64,000 nucleotides of DNA from Octopus sinensis (GCF_006345805.1 NC_043008.1:76012001-76076000), one strand, 5' to 3'. Shown: positions 1 to 11,962, counted from the stretch's first letter. Notes: generated by a model from the letters alone, not told the origin. Made by a program: numbers and translations.

Positions 1-574
1 CAACAGAATATCCGCATATATAGACGGACATTACGCGCGTACACGCTCACATGTATATACGCGCGGCCCTCACTACATACGTACACGTATATGCCCACGT
101 CTCTAGGTCTAGGTATAAGATATTAAAGGATGTGTATAAGAACGTATGTAAAGAATCCCGTACTCATGTTAATACGCGCACGCACACACGGCTGTGTGTC
201 CGTATGTGCGTGCACATATATATATTCACATACACACACAGAGACACACGCGCCCATGGGTATAGTCATAAGATATCGAAGTATGCATGTACATATACGC
301 GCGCGCATATGTATGTATGCGCATACACACGTACGCGGACGCTCGGATACTCAAAAGGCGGATCCATAGGTAAGTAAATAAACATATATAGAGGTGTAAA
401 GCGATAAATTAGGGGTAAGAATGAGGGTAAGGGTAAAGATTAGAAATAAAAAATACAGTATAAATAAGAAATACAATGTAATAGTTAGAAATGAAATATA
501 AGAATTATAAGGGTTATAAGAGTTAAGGTAAGGGATGAAAATGAAAATGAGAGTAAATGGCAGTAGAATAAACG

Positions 575-715
575 TAAAAATAAAAGTAAAAATAAAATTA
601 AAAATAAAAATAAATGGAAGCAGGATAAAAGTAAAAATAAAAATGAAAATAAAAATAAAAATAAAAATAAAAATAAAAATAAAAATAAAAATAAAATATA
701 AAAATAAAAAAATAA
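575..715. repeat. (AAAATA)n hexamer microsatellite
   Basis: Directly visible repeat run. Confidence 0.9.
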
Positions 716-941
716 GGTAAAAATATAATTTTGTAAAGTTTAACATGAGATGGAGGTGGCCCACATATATATATATATATATGTGTATATGTACACACAC
801 ATACACGTGTGTGCACATACACACGCACACACACACGCACACACACACACATACACACTCACATATAGGAAAACGGGATGTGCTGGAGCCGACAGGTTGC
901 ACCGGGTGGGAGGAAATAGCATGGGGGAGTTGGTATAAGAC

Positions 942-3452
942 CTAAGCATTGTAGTATTTGAAAGTATTAATAAGTTTATGTATACAGGATGGTTTGAACT
1001 CTGACCTTTTGTTAATAAGATTGTGTTTGTCTTTGAATTTCAAGATGTTCAGGAGTTCTACACAGCATAGTTGGCATCCTGCTCTATTATTTAAATAAGG
1101 TGCAGCTGATCCGATGATGGACCATCTGAGTTTGAAGCTTATGCATTTGTCTTTTAATTCCCAAATTCTTTTAGAGAGGGAGGTGCTGTTAGCCTTATGT
1201 CTATGTCTCAGCGAGGACCGGTGGTTGTAGTATCTGGATTTCCAGGAGGTTGAGCAACCAATATAGGTGAGTGTGTTAAATTGAGTACTCACCTCACATG
1301 AGTATATTACGTTTTTCGCCCTGCATGCGCCCTGCAACGGGCACTCTGATGCACATCTGCAGTTGCATTGCATTGCATTATTCGGTCGTGTGCTGCTAAT
1401 CCTAGGCGGAGGTGTTGCAATACGAGTGGGGGCGTTGGTATCCTCCTGGTTGTTGATGGGTGTAGTGTTTCCTCTGTTGTGTTGGCGGGTGTTATTACTA
1501 GCTGCTTGGGTATTATGGTTGCCAGTCTGGTTATAATGCCTACTGTCTAGATGAGGGGGGTTCTGTTGTTCGCTATGGTTTGCTCTTGATCTAGCTGTTC
1601 TAATATTAATATAGTTGTGTTTAGCTAAGAGGCAGCTCATGTTGGGCAGGGTAGAGTAGGAAATCCTAATAGTTTTGTTGGAGAAGATACTTCTATATTT
1701 GTGGGTGGGTGGGAAGTTGTTGGAAATTATAGAGAATATTCTTTTACATAACCTACCCCTAACTGCTAAGTTGAAAGGTATGTTGAACCATATGTATTTG
1801 CGTAATCTACTATTATCCCTTCTATTTCTCCTAATAGGATCTATATTGTTCCCGTCGGGAGGGTTACTATTGTGTGCTGTTCTATTAGTTCGCCTATTTC
1901 CTATACGTTGTTTGGAGTTTGAATTAGACTTATCGGTAGTGTGAGTTGAGTGCTGAGTTCGATTATAATTGGGAGTCTTATGGTCGACGGACGCTCCCGG
2001 TTGGTCTGCATATGATATTCTCTGGTTATATCCGGCACTATAGAGAGCTTGGTTGTAGTGTTGAGCATGATTATTGAAAATTTCTCTATTAGAGGATAGT
2101 TTTGTCAGTCTGTCTGAGATGGCTTGGACTGTGGTGTTAATTATACAGGGTGGATGGTTGGAAGAGGTATGGATGTATTTGGTAGTTTCTTCTGGTTTCC
2201 TAAACGGGTAGTGAAGGTGCTTATTCAAATCTAACGTAACATCTAAGAAGTTAACTATTTTAGTATTGGTCATAAATTCTAGTTTAAGATTGAAGGATTT
2301 GAAAAAAAGCCTGATCTTTTTCCTAATTCTTTCTAGTTTACTCCTATTGTTGGTGGGGTATATGAAGAGAGCGTCGTCTCTGTATAGACCCCCCTGAAGA
2401 TCTGGTACCTCGGAGAAAAGCTTCTTGAGCAGGTAGGCCCCGACCAAGTCAGTCACCTGAGCTGAATCGCTCGAGCCCATAGCCACATCGAAATTGTCGG
2501 GGGTATCGGATCTGGTCCAGAGTCTACCGTCGAATTCTATTATGGTTTTTCTAGCTAATAGAATTATGTCAATTTTTTCTCTGTCTATGAGTGAAAGGTT
2601 GCGGGCAAAAATAAGGGATTTGTTAAGTAAGATGGGGGATATACTGGCGTAGTAGCTGGCTATGTCGAATTGGATGAATGAGTAGTCGGGCCTATTGGTG
2701 ATAGTGTTAAACCATTCTAGCACATCGCTGGTATTAATCCATAGTTGGAGTGGGATGTGGGGTTTGATGTGTGGGATCACCTTGTCCAGGATGGTCTTGC
2801 TAAGTCTGCCGATATCCGATTTAGTCGGACAGATTAATCGTACTCCTACACTATCCGGGAAGTCTTTCTTATGGTCTTTAATAGTAATTTTGGGTACTTG
2901 CGGTTTAATAGGTTCTGTTCTGTCCAGGAGGTCTAATTTGCTCATAACTTCCTTGATTTTGTAATTAATTTCCTTAAGGTTATCCGTAGAAGTAGTTTTA
3001 TACTTTTTGCTAAGTTCCCTCATGATGAGCGATTTGTAGGTTTGGTAGTCTAGCCTATACCAGTTCCCAGTCTTGTCGGCGGGTATGATAAGACTACCAT
3101 CGTTCCTGAGTGAGTGCAGGAAATCTTTAAGGCTCCTTAAGTGGGTGTTGGAAATGGTCTTATGTTTACTAATGTTGATGTTGGTAATGAGGTCGATTAA
3201 GTCTTTTTCAAAATTTTCCAGTGCGTAGTTAGGGGGTGGGTTTCTTCTGCTTTTAAATATCTTCTTGTGTGCTATTTCTTCTTGGTTAGAGTTGGGGTTG
3301 CTTTTCTCCGGGTTATCGAAATGGTAGGCCGCCCACCTAATTCTTCTAATAAAGTCTGTGGTCCGGTGGATGAGAGTCGTCGTGTAAGTTTTGTCGGAGT
3401 GGAGAGGTATGTCCTTGGGGGAGAAGTTTGTGTGAATCCTTTGAATCCTCAT
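942..3452 (-). CDS. Penelope-like element polyprotein: reverse transcriptase plus C-terminal GIY-YIG endonuclease, uninterrupted ORF (about 836 aa from the ATG at 3452)
   Basis: RT motifs QFDIASYYASI, AMGSSDSAQVTDLVG and YRDD; thumb region FLDVTLDL..HYPFRKP..TKYIHTSSNHPP; Cys motif CNCRCASECPLQGAC (CxC-x5-C-x5-C); GIY-YIG VIYSCEV..TYIGCS..WKSRYYNH. The track starts at a TTG (3467); the first ATG is at 3452. Confidence 0.95.
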   Translation of the reverse strand: MRIQRIHTNFSPKDIPLHSDKTYTTTLIHRTTDFIRRIRWAAYHFDNPEKSNPNSNQEEIAHKKIFKSRRNPPPNYALENFEKDLIDLITNINISKHKTISNTHLRSLKDFLHSLRNDGSLIIPADKTGNWYRLDYQTYKSLIMRELSKKYKTTSTDNLKEINYKIKEVMSKLDLLDRTEPIKPQVPKITIKDHKKDFPDSVGVRLICPTKSDIGRLSKTILDKVIPHIKPHIPLQLWINTSDVLEWFNTITNRPDYSFIQFDIASYYASISPILLNKSLIFARNLSLIDREKIDIILLARKTIIEFDGRLWTRSDTPDNFDVAMGSSDSAQVTDLVGAYLLKKLFSEVPDLQGGLYRDDALFIYPTNNRSKLERIRKKIRLFFKSFNLKLEFMTNTKIVNFLDVTLDLNKHLHYPFRKPEETTKYIHTSSNHPPCIINTTVQAISDRLTKLSSNREIFNNHAQHYNQALYSAGYNQRISYADQPGASVDHKTPNYNRTQHSTHTTDKSNSNSKQRIGNRRTNRTAHNSNPPDGNNIDPIRRNRRDNSRLRKYIWFNIPFNLAVRGRLCKRIFSIISNNFPPTHKYRSIFSNKTIRISYSTLPNMSCLLAKHNYINIRTARSRANHSEQQNPPHLDSRHYNQTGNHNTQAASNNTRQHNRGNTTPINNQEDTNAPTRIATPPPRISSTRPNNAMQCNCRCASECPLQGACRAKNVIYSCEVSTQFNTLTYIGCSTSWKSRYYNHRSSLRHRHKANSTSLSKRIWELKDKCISFKLRWSIIGSAAPYLNNRAGCQLCCVELLNILKFKDKHNLINKRSEFKPSCIHKLINTFKYYNA

Positions 3453-3519
3453 GTTTGGGTTCGTCAAGTACTAAAGGTTGTCGCGGTTACGTGGGATCAG
3501 ATCCTAGTGACAACGTAGG

Positions 3520-3947
3520 TAAGTTGAGTGTAGAAATTCGGGGTGAGTACTTGATAATTATAAGCACCTGTGTATACCGTTTGGTGGTGTAGTTTTCTCA
3601 TTCTACACTGAGAGAAGAAGGAGATGGACGATTCAATTCGATGCTGCTGCCGCATTATGTCGTACGGGAACGAGAAGATTTGCATCCCCAACCAAGAATT
3701 TCGGAAGTAACACATGTCCTTGTGGAAGCTGTTGTGCGCGGCTGAAGAAGGCCACAGACATACATTATGATTTGTTATGAATCTGTCTAATAAAGGCCCG
3801 AAACATATGTACCGCTGAATCCTTCGCCTCATGTTTTTATTTTTATTTTTATTTTGATCAATTTACTCCACCACCTACACCACCAAACGGTATACACAGG
3901 TGCTTATAATTATCAAGTACTCACCCCGAATTTCTACACTCAACTTA
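3520..3947. repeat. Perfect 73-bp inverted repeat (3520-3592 vs 3875-3947)
   Basis: taagttgagtgtagaaattcgggg...ggtggtgtag is the exact reverse complement of ctacaccaccaaacgg...cactcaactta. Confidence 0.95.
3738..3815 (+). ncRNA. Type I minimal hammerhead ribozyme in the PLE pseudo-LTR
   Basis: Stem I gcgg/ccgc; core CTGAAGA (3742-3748); stem II GGCC/GGCC extended by acaga/tctgt; GAAA (3800-3803); palindromic stem III ACATATGT; GTA cleavage triplet ending at 3811. One extra C precedes GAAA. Confidence 0.8.
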
Positions 3948-6177
3948 TATATATATATATATATATACACTATATAAATCAGTATGCATTTAGTGGTTTT
4001 ATGCCATATAAATTTGCCTGTGGATTATGTAATGCAAATAATACTCAATTTGATGATTATCACGTTTAACACAATAAAATAGCATAAATCTGAGTATATT
4101 ACTATCTACGACAGAATGATAATAGAACTAAACTGTGCGCCAATAGTCTGTTCTACTTCTATGAATCTAACTGCAGAAAATGCTTTAGTATTTACATTTG
4201 TTATGCGGGTTTACAAGTATGAGAGCCTTTCATAATATATCATTACGCAGTCAGTTAGGTTTTCCGAGATACAACCTATCTGTATTCTTAATAAACATTT
4301 GTATTAAATAAAAATTGGGACTCTAGATAGACACTAATTTGTTGCTAATAACATTTTTGTGAAGTCAGAAGTACAATGAGCCGTCTGAAAACCCTACACT
4401 TTAATGGTGTTTATGATAGGGCAAATTCATCTCCAAAAAAAAAACACGGAAATCAGCTGTTAGGTAATGTTTTTTAAATAGGCACTCAAAACATACATAC
4501 GTACATACAGAAATACATACATACATATATACATATTTTAAATTTACAAAGGCAAGTTTGACAGTATTGTATATGGAAAGAAATGGTAATATGATGATGA
4601 ACTCCATTCCAAACAGTGCTTATGGGAACATTTGAGCGCAACACAGAAAGCAAACTGGCCTGTTATTAATGAATTTCATTTGTGATATATATTTACTGTT
4701 AAATTTGCTGTTTCATCGAAGAAATAATGTCTTCCCAGAAATAATTCGCTTCTTTTTACGAATAATAAGGTATTGGTATCGTGTTCAAAAGCGCGATATC
4801 CTACCAAAGACGATTTCTATTCCTTCACCTAGATGTTGTACTATCTTTACTTTATCTGCAAACCGTAACAGCAAAGGTTACCTGGAAAATTTCCTTCTGC
4901 ACATGTAATTTCTGAAATTGTATTATTATCTCGATGATTTGATATTGTCACTCTACCTCCATTTCGTCGTCATAATTATTCAGTATATTTTTTTCAATTT
5001 TCTAGTCTCTTTTTCAAACATTTTCTCGTAGTTTGACACCTCGCTGAAATATAACTATTAATCTGAAATACTGCTACCGTTAATATTTATCATGAAGATA
5101 TAAATTTTTGAAAATCAAATTATACTTCCTAATTTATGACGTGAATTATATTTAGACCCATTAAGATAATATCTTATAAATTATCGATGGTTTCATTTAT
5201 CGCTATTTTTACTGAAATGAATATGATTCTTCGATATTACATCAGTGACTAATACCAGTTTATTGAAGAAGACATTTTGCCGGAAATACACTTTTTCAGT
5301 AATCAGATTTGCACTATTTGTGACAAGTCGTTTCTCAATTTAAAACATCGCTTCCCATTGTATTTAATTTGAATTGGATTTAAAACTCAATGTTTTCAAT
5401 TTCTTTTGGACTTTCGTTCATACACAGAAGTTCAATTCACAAAATGTTCTGGCATTTTAAAAATTCTGGGTAGATATGTTCATCCATCTTATGGAGTTTG
5501 ACTTCAGTAGTCACATAAATATAAACACCCTACCTACCCTTGTTATTAATCCTTGTAAAACAGTTATGAATCCCATAAACGTCAACTAGATTCTGCCAAA
5601 TGTAAAACCTTCCTTGGGCTATCTATAATTTTACGTTGAAGAATGGAATTACGTAATGTTCATACATTTATCAAGAAACTTATATTGTTATGTAGAATGA
5701 AACCATGTCAAAGAGTTAATTGTAAAGTGCTAATTTTATAATAATTGAATCGATATGAAGCAAGAATGGTTAAAATCAATGTCAAATAATATAAATAATA
5801 TAACTGCTCTCTTAATTACGTCTTGCACTTATTCTTGACTAATTGTATTTCAGTTATAATTTTGCAATATTTCATATTATCTGATGCTGTGACAACATCA
5901 TGAAAAGGTAAAAAGCTTTGATAGTGAAAGAAACTGCGGGATGTTATGACAGCAATCACAGATATATCAGCCTATTATTCCTCTTTAAAGGAATATCAAT
6001 ACTGTCTGAAAGGTCATAGTTCTAACATTCTTCTCTATGTTAGTACCACCATTCCATTCCCATTTCATGCCATAGCTTTCATATATGATATACGTGTAAC
6101 ATTCCATATTTGAAGTATTCAGTTGCGATATACCAACCTCATACAGAACATCGGAAGGACGTGTTGACGGAGTGATA

Positions 6178-6459
6178 TGTCAGCTGTGTCGAGATGAATA
6201 GCTGAGCAAATGCAAGAAAGGGCGAACACAATATAGGTCGTGGTGAGGTGAGAGGTTGTGCCAGATAAGTGAGTAATTATCCGTCATATGACGTCACGTG
6301 GCATAGCCCCTCAACCTCTCGGCGAACACTAACTTCTCTACGAGATCTACAGAGGTGCCCAATTCCTGCAGTTACGGACTCCCGGAATTATTGCAAACAG
6401 TGATCAACGTCATTCTGAACAATGATAATATCAGACAATAAAGTTCATTGGCAACAACA
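6178..6459 (+). mobile_element. Possible solo LTR
   Basis: About 280-bp GC-richer island with TGT...ACA ends, AATAAA about 20 nt before the 3' end and an internal TGACGTCACGTG. Flanking 4-mers GATA/TATA match imperfectly as a TSD. Confidence 0.35.
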
Positions 6460-6519
6460 TATAAGTGCATACACGTGTACATACCCACATATAAATATAA
6501 ATGCATACACATACACACA

Positions 6520-6561
6520 CTCTCGCACATTTATATATATATATATATTTGTGTGTGTAGG

Positions 6562-6634
<73 letters not shown>

Positions 6635-6724
6635 ATATATACGTATATAAATATATATATATAATGTATCTATATACATATATACACACACGTATATAAA
6701 TATATGTGGTATATATATATATAT

Positions 6725-6758
<34 letters not shown>

Positions 6759-6777
6759 CATACATGTGTATATGTAT

Positions 6778-6808
<31 letters not shown>

Positions 6809-6831
6809 GTATATATATATGTATATATATA

Positions 6832-6879
<48 letters not shown>

Positions 6880-6970
6880 GTATATATATATATATATATA
6901 TATACGTATATAAATATATATATATAATGTATCTATATACATATATACACACACGTATATAAATATATGT

Positions 6971-7020
<50 letters not shown>

Positions 7021-7039
7021 CATACATGTGTATATGTAT

Positions 7040-7070
<31 letters not shown>

Positions 7071-7150
7071 GTATATATATATGTATATATATATATATAC
7101 ATATATATATATACATACATATATACATACATACATACTTATATACATAC
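6520..7150. repeat. Compound (TA)n/(TACA)n array with an internal duplication of about 263 bp
   Basis: The unique string cgtatataaatatatatatataatgtatctatatacatatatacacacacgtatataaatatatgtgg occurs at 6642 and 6905. Confidence 0.85.
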
Positions 7151-7952
7151 ATAGTTGGAATTTACAAAAATCAAACAAAACAAAAGACAAAGGCAGATGT
7201 GTAAACAACAAACATATGTATTAGTTTGACACTCGGGAAGTGAGGAAGTCTTTACGTTTCGAGCGTACGCTGTTCAACAGAATGGAACACAGAAATAAAC
7301 AGTGAGAGAAAATAGAATATTTTGTGGCTAGCAATTAATTATTGTGAATGATGTCAATCTCGATGTTGTCAATATGTATGAGTGTCCATGTCTTTGCATA
7401 TGAGTATGTATACCTATACGTGTATATAAGTGCATCTTTATATGTGTAGCATGTATACTTCATATATTTCTATAGATATATATATATATACATATAAATG
7501 TGTGTGTATGTGTGTGTAAATATATGTAGTATACATACTACACATATAAAGATGCACGCATATACGCATATAGTGATATATAGTCATACGCAAAAACATG
7601 GACACTCATACATATTGAAAACATCGAAATTCAGAGGAAAAGAGAAAGAGAAAGAGAAAGAGAAAGAAAAAGAGTCAGAAAATGAGGAAGAGTGTAATGT
7701 GGATAACTGAATTCCTAAATACATATAATTGTTGCTTTCATATGATATCAACATATTTTGAGAAATATTACCTAATATTATTCTTAATATAGTTGTAAAA
7801 TTATTGTATATCCTACATAAGATAGATAGAAATGTGATTGGACTTAGCCTATGCTACAACTCAATCCACTGAATATAGTCTTTTTATCTGAACGCAGTTC
7901 AAAGGATATCCATGTATGTTTATCAATGAGATAATACTTGGTTTTGCATACA

Positions 7953-8013
<61 letters not shown>

Positions 8014-8015
<2 letters not shown>

Positions 8016-8400
8016 TGGTTTCAAACTTTGGCACAAGGTCAGTAATTTTGGCGGAGGAATAAATCGATCCCAGTGATCAGCTGGTCCTTATTTTATCGAA
8101 CCTGAAAGAATGAAATCCGAAGTCGACCTCGTCGGAATTTGAGCTCAGCACGCAAAGACAAACGAAATGCCGCTAAGCGTTTTGCTCGACGCATATAAAT
8201 TGGTTTCAAATGTCGGCACAAGGCCAGAGATTTTGGGGAGTGGTAAGTCGATTACATGAACCCCACTAATCAACTGGCATTTATTTCATCGACCCCGAAA
8301 GAATGAAAACATTGGCGACCTCTGCGAATTTGAGTCCACAATATAAAGACGGACGAAATGCAGCTAAGTATTTACCCGACGGGCTAACGCTTCCGCTGGG
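8014..8400 (-). mobile_element. Two tandem copies of tRNA-derived SINE family B (8014-8192 and 8199-8400)
   Basis: Both start with attggtttcaaa..ggcacaagg and contain tcgacc..gaatttgag..gacgaaatgc.gctaag, the reverse complement of the copy at 43033-43247. Confidence 0.8.
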
Positions 8401-8429
8401 TCTGAGAAAAAACAGTAAGTAACATTGTT

Positions 8430-10430
8430 GATATTGAGTTATAATAGTCAATGATTAGGAAGGAATTACACAGCAAATATAGACGTGAGAGTAACGACGT
8501 ATTAAAAAGAATTAAAAATACGGGATTACAAATCGTTAGATATTGAGCTATGGATTATTGAACCGAGCCATACGCCCCTAGAAAATACCGGATTATGCTT
8601 AAGGACCATAAACCTAACTTTCTTATTGACACCCTCAGACTGATTTATCCTTCTTATTCTGATACAGGCATTATTAGTAAAAATAATCATGATAGAGTAA
8701 TACCCACCTTAAGAGTAAAATTATATTAGCCCTATGATCAGATATCCAAGAGGTGGTTGGATGGTTTAAGCTTCAAGAAATTAGTAAGAATAGTAAATTC
8801 TTGCAACTAGATTTAGACAGCTATTATTCCACTATTAACGCGATCGTCCTTAATCAAGCACTGATTTATAGCATGAGGAATTCCAATTTGTCCCAACGTT
8901 AAATAGATATTGTACTTATTGCTCGAGCCACTTTAATAGATTTTTATTGTAGATTATTGAATAGATTAGACAGGGAGAATGCTTTTGATATAGGAATGGG
9001 GACATATAACTCTGCTCGGTCACAAACCTAGTCGGAATATATATCCCTTCATTAATCCATTTTCCCTTTCCGGAAGTAACAGGGACTCTATATAGAGATG
9101 ACGCCTTATTTGTTCTGGGCGGAAGTAGCAAAGTACAGTTGAAATGCATAGGATAAATTTCTTTAGATTAAAAAAAAGATTAAGACTAAACATTACTATG
9201 GGAAAGGATTATCGTCGACTGAATTTTCTTAACGCTACCTTCAGTCTTGATACTGGATTATTTGAACCATTTCATAAGCTAAATGATCATATCAAGTACA
9301 CTAATGTAGTATATCCAACCATCCACCCTCAATAAGATTAGTTATGAATATTTCTACAAGAATTTCTAGATTATCCACTAATAATAAAATTTTCGAATCA
9401 TATGCAAGTTATAATATTACTGCTTTAGCTTGGGATGAGTACCGTGAAAAAATTCAATGTATACAAGAAGCAGGCATTCACAACACTGGTATTTCATCCA
9501 ATTTCTATTCACAGTGTAAATAATCACGACGTCACCGTTTGGGAACTGACTCAGATAGAGAATACAGGCCAGGAAGAATCGGTCAAGACAATGAACTACC
9601 AACGAAAACTCATAGACACAAGCGACATAATAATCCAACTGCTTGTAAAACTGTAAATTGTTCTTCGCCTGTGCCATACACTCGATCAAATAAGCCTAAC
9701 AACCGATATAGGAATCATGATGTCTTCTGGTTTAACCCGATTTTCGGTTCGCATGTTTCAACCAAGATCGCTGGAAAGTTTTTTGCTGCTTTGGACAAAT
9801 CTAATCGGTATCATGCTACTTTTAATCGACATGCCGTGAAGGTACCCTACGCTAACTCTGCTAATTTAGAGCAGCTTATGCATCACATACAATAGTAAAA
9901 TACGACAAAGGTTCAATAGCCTATTTCCTGGATCTAGCGAACATACACATCTGAATACTAACAATGGAAAGCACCAATCACGGCCAAATTGTAATAGAAG
10001 TAATGAAATGCTTATGATACAGCTCACAACATCGGACAATGGAGTTAGAACTGCCTTATATACAAATAAATATGATAAATGCTCATGCAGCGAAAATTCA
10101 AAATGCTTATTGATGAACCTCTGTATGAGCACAAATCTTGTTTTCATTGGGAAGACGGCTGATTCATTTAAGAATCGTTATCGTAACCATTTCGCCAGCT
10201 TTAAGACAATCAATAAGAGACATACAACATCTTTGGCCGATTTTGTATGGAGACTGGAGGAGGATAAAAATTAGTACAACATAACTTGGTACATAGTAGG
10301 GCACACGAAGCTATTTAATATAAGTTCCATTTTAATCGTGTTTGTTTTCTTCAATCTTGCTCTCTAAAGATACAAAAATAAGGTTTGATTGTCGAGAATA
10401 AATAAAATATCTGTTCTTGTCATGCACTGA
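8430..10430 (+). pseudogene. Decayed Penelope-like element (RT plus GIY-YIG), same motif type as the element at 942-3452
   Basis: Broken-frame peptides MIRKELHSKY, MLKDHKPNF, LNFLNATFSLDTGLFEPFHK, VFWFNPIF, CSCSENSKCLLMNLC (CxC-x5-C-x5-C) and VFIGKTADSFKNRYRNHFASF..TTSLADFVWRL, collinear with the intact PLE protein. Confidence 0.88.
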
Positions 10431-11962
10431 CTTCTAATGTTGACAACAAATAACAATCCTCCTTTAGAAAACATCATGTTGTTATACAGGTTAGTCATCT
10501 AACCTGTATAAGTTCAGTACTCTTTGGTCATTAATGGACTACAACATTGTGATATGTGTCCCTACATATTTTATGCGCACAGTTCAAATGTATTACTCTT
10601 TCAAACGCATAACAACTGAATCATGAGACAGCTGGCTTTATTTCTACTGATATTTTTTCGGCCGTTCTCTTTTTGTTAATGTTTTATAAGAGGGACCAAC
10701 AAACTGATATTTTCAAGATTCAGATTAAACGTACGATATTGTCGATATATTCGTGTAATATGAAAATAATATCTATATATCGCACTATCAAATTAAATAA
10801 TTAGTCATTTATTCAGTACTACAAATAATATTACATGATAGAGTGTTTTTATTTATTTTTCATTTTAACACTCTAGTGCCGTTAAAATGTTTATAGCTGC
10901 TGTTATACAAAAAGTCCACTTAACATATACCTCTTCTGTACATTTCTTCAACTAAACGAAAACCTTATGTTCTTGTTTTTATCTCGTCGTTTTTATGCAA
11001 ACTTTCCTATATAACTTTACCGCTTCGCAATTAAAGGTGTGTTAAAAAAATTTTCAAGGAAAATAATGATCACTAGCATCGGCAAATAAAAACGTTTGAA
11101 TCCTTATTAAAGTGATATAAGACAATTTGATACGGGGAAGTAGAGACAACAGACGTTTTATCTCTTCACACAGCGACTTGTCAAAAGTCCTAAATCTCTC
11201 CTTTTCCTGCCCGCAAGCAAGCTTATACGACATTGTGAATTTAATTAGTATATACAAAACTTGTATATAATGGACTTGTCTATTCTTCACATTCTTGTGA
11301 AAAACCTTGATCTTGTCTCTACAAATTACTTAAACTTCTAAAAATAAAGTGATAGTTCCACTCAACATGAATTATTAAGTTCCCTCAGTTCACAATGAGA
11401 TTTTCAGATTTGCTCTGCAAAGTACAATATTTCGCGTTCTTCTCTAGTTCCAATTCGAGCTATTTTAAACTATGTAAATAACTTCCCTTTCAGAAAGTGA
11501 TGCTTCTATACTATTTTATTCTAATGTTATTTCACTTCTAAACTGCATTTGATCTAAATTCAATTAACATTGTAAGATCACATTTAGAGCCTTGAGCCTC
11601 GTCTGAAGAAGGCAATATGATGATTTGTTTTAACTGACTTACTGTGTAACATAAACAGTAAAAAATCAGTCAAACAGCTACAGGCGCTTCTTTAGATAAC
11701 TTTAAAGTATTTTTTTCTACAAATGAAATCACGTCAGAGTCAACTTTTCCTTTCATCCCTCGGGTTTTCCATGGAGTAGATTTAATCCTCTGCCTGTAAG
11801 TGATGGTAATATATGATTATAAGTATCTGCTTAAGTACCTCATTATTATCAATAAATAACTCAACATATACATCAAGAATTCCAACAAGTAAATTGTGTG
11901 TGAAAGCATGCATGCGTGTATGTATCTGTGTGTGTACGTGTATGTACGTGTGTGTGTATGTG

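Larger units (their letters stand above)
942..3947 (-). mobile_element. Penelope-like retroelement with an inverted upstream pseudo-LTR; 3' boundary undetermined
   Basis: RT-GIY-YIG ORF preceded by a 73-bp inverted repeat pair (3520-3592 / 3875-3947) that encloses a hammerhead motif. Confidence 0.88.

Noticed and set aside
51-949. ORFs of 60-183 aa at the window start
   Set aside because: Translations of (CA)n, (TA)n and (AAAATA)n repeats with no domain content.
4700-5000. Possible hAT dimerisation-domain remnant on the minus strand (ITCAEGNF..RNRLW*DIALLNTI)
   Set aside because: Only faint motif resemblance with several stops; needs a profile search.
6422-7211. Stacked YI/IY-repeat ORFs, also at 17.6, 19.6-20.5, 36, 41.2, 57.7 kb and elsewhere
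   Set aside because: Dinucleotide microsatellites lack stop codons, so these are not genes.
11590-11690. Hammerhead-like string cgtCTGAAGAaggc...cagtcaaacagctacaggc
   Set aside because: Lacks the G of GAAA, a clear stem II closure and a cleavage triplet; at best a heavily decayed remnant.
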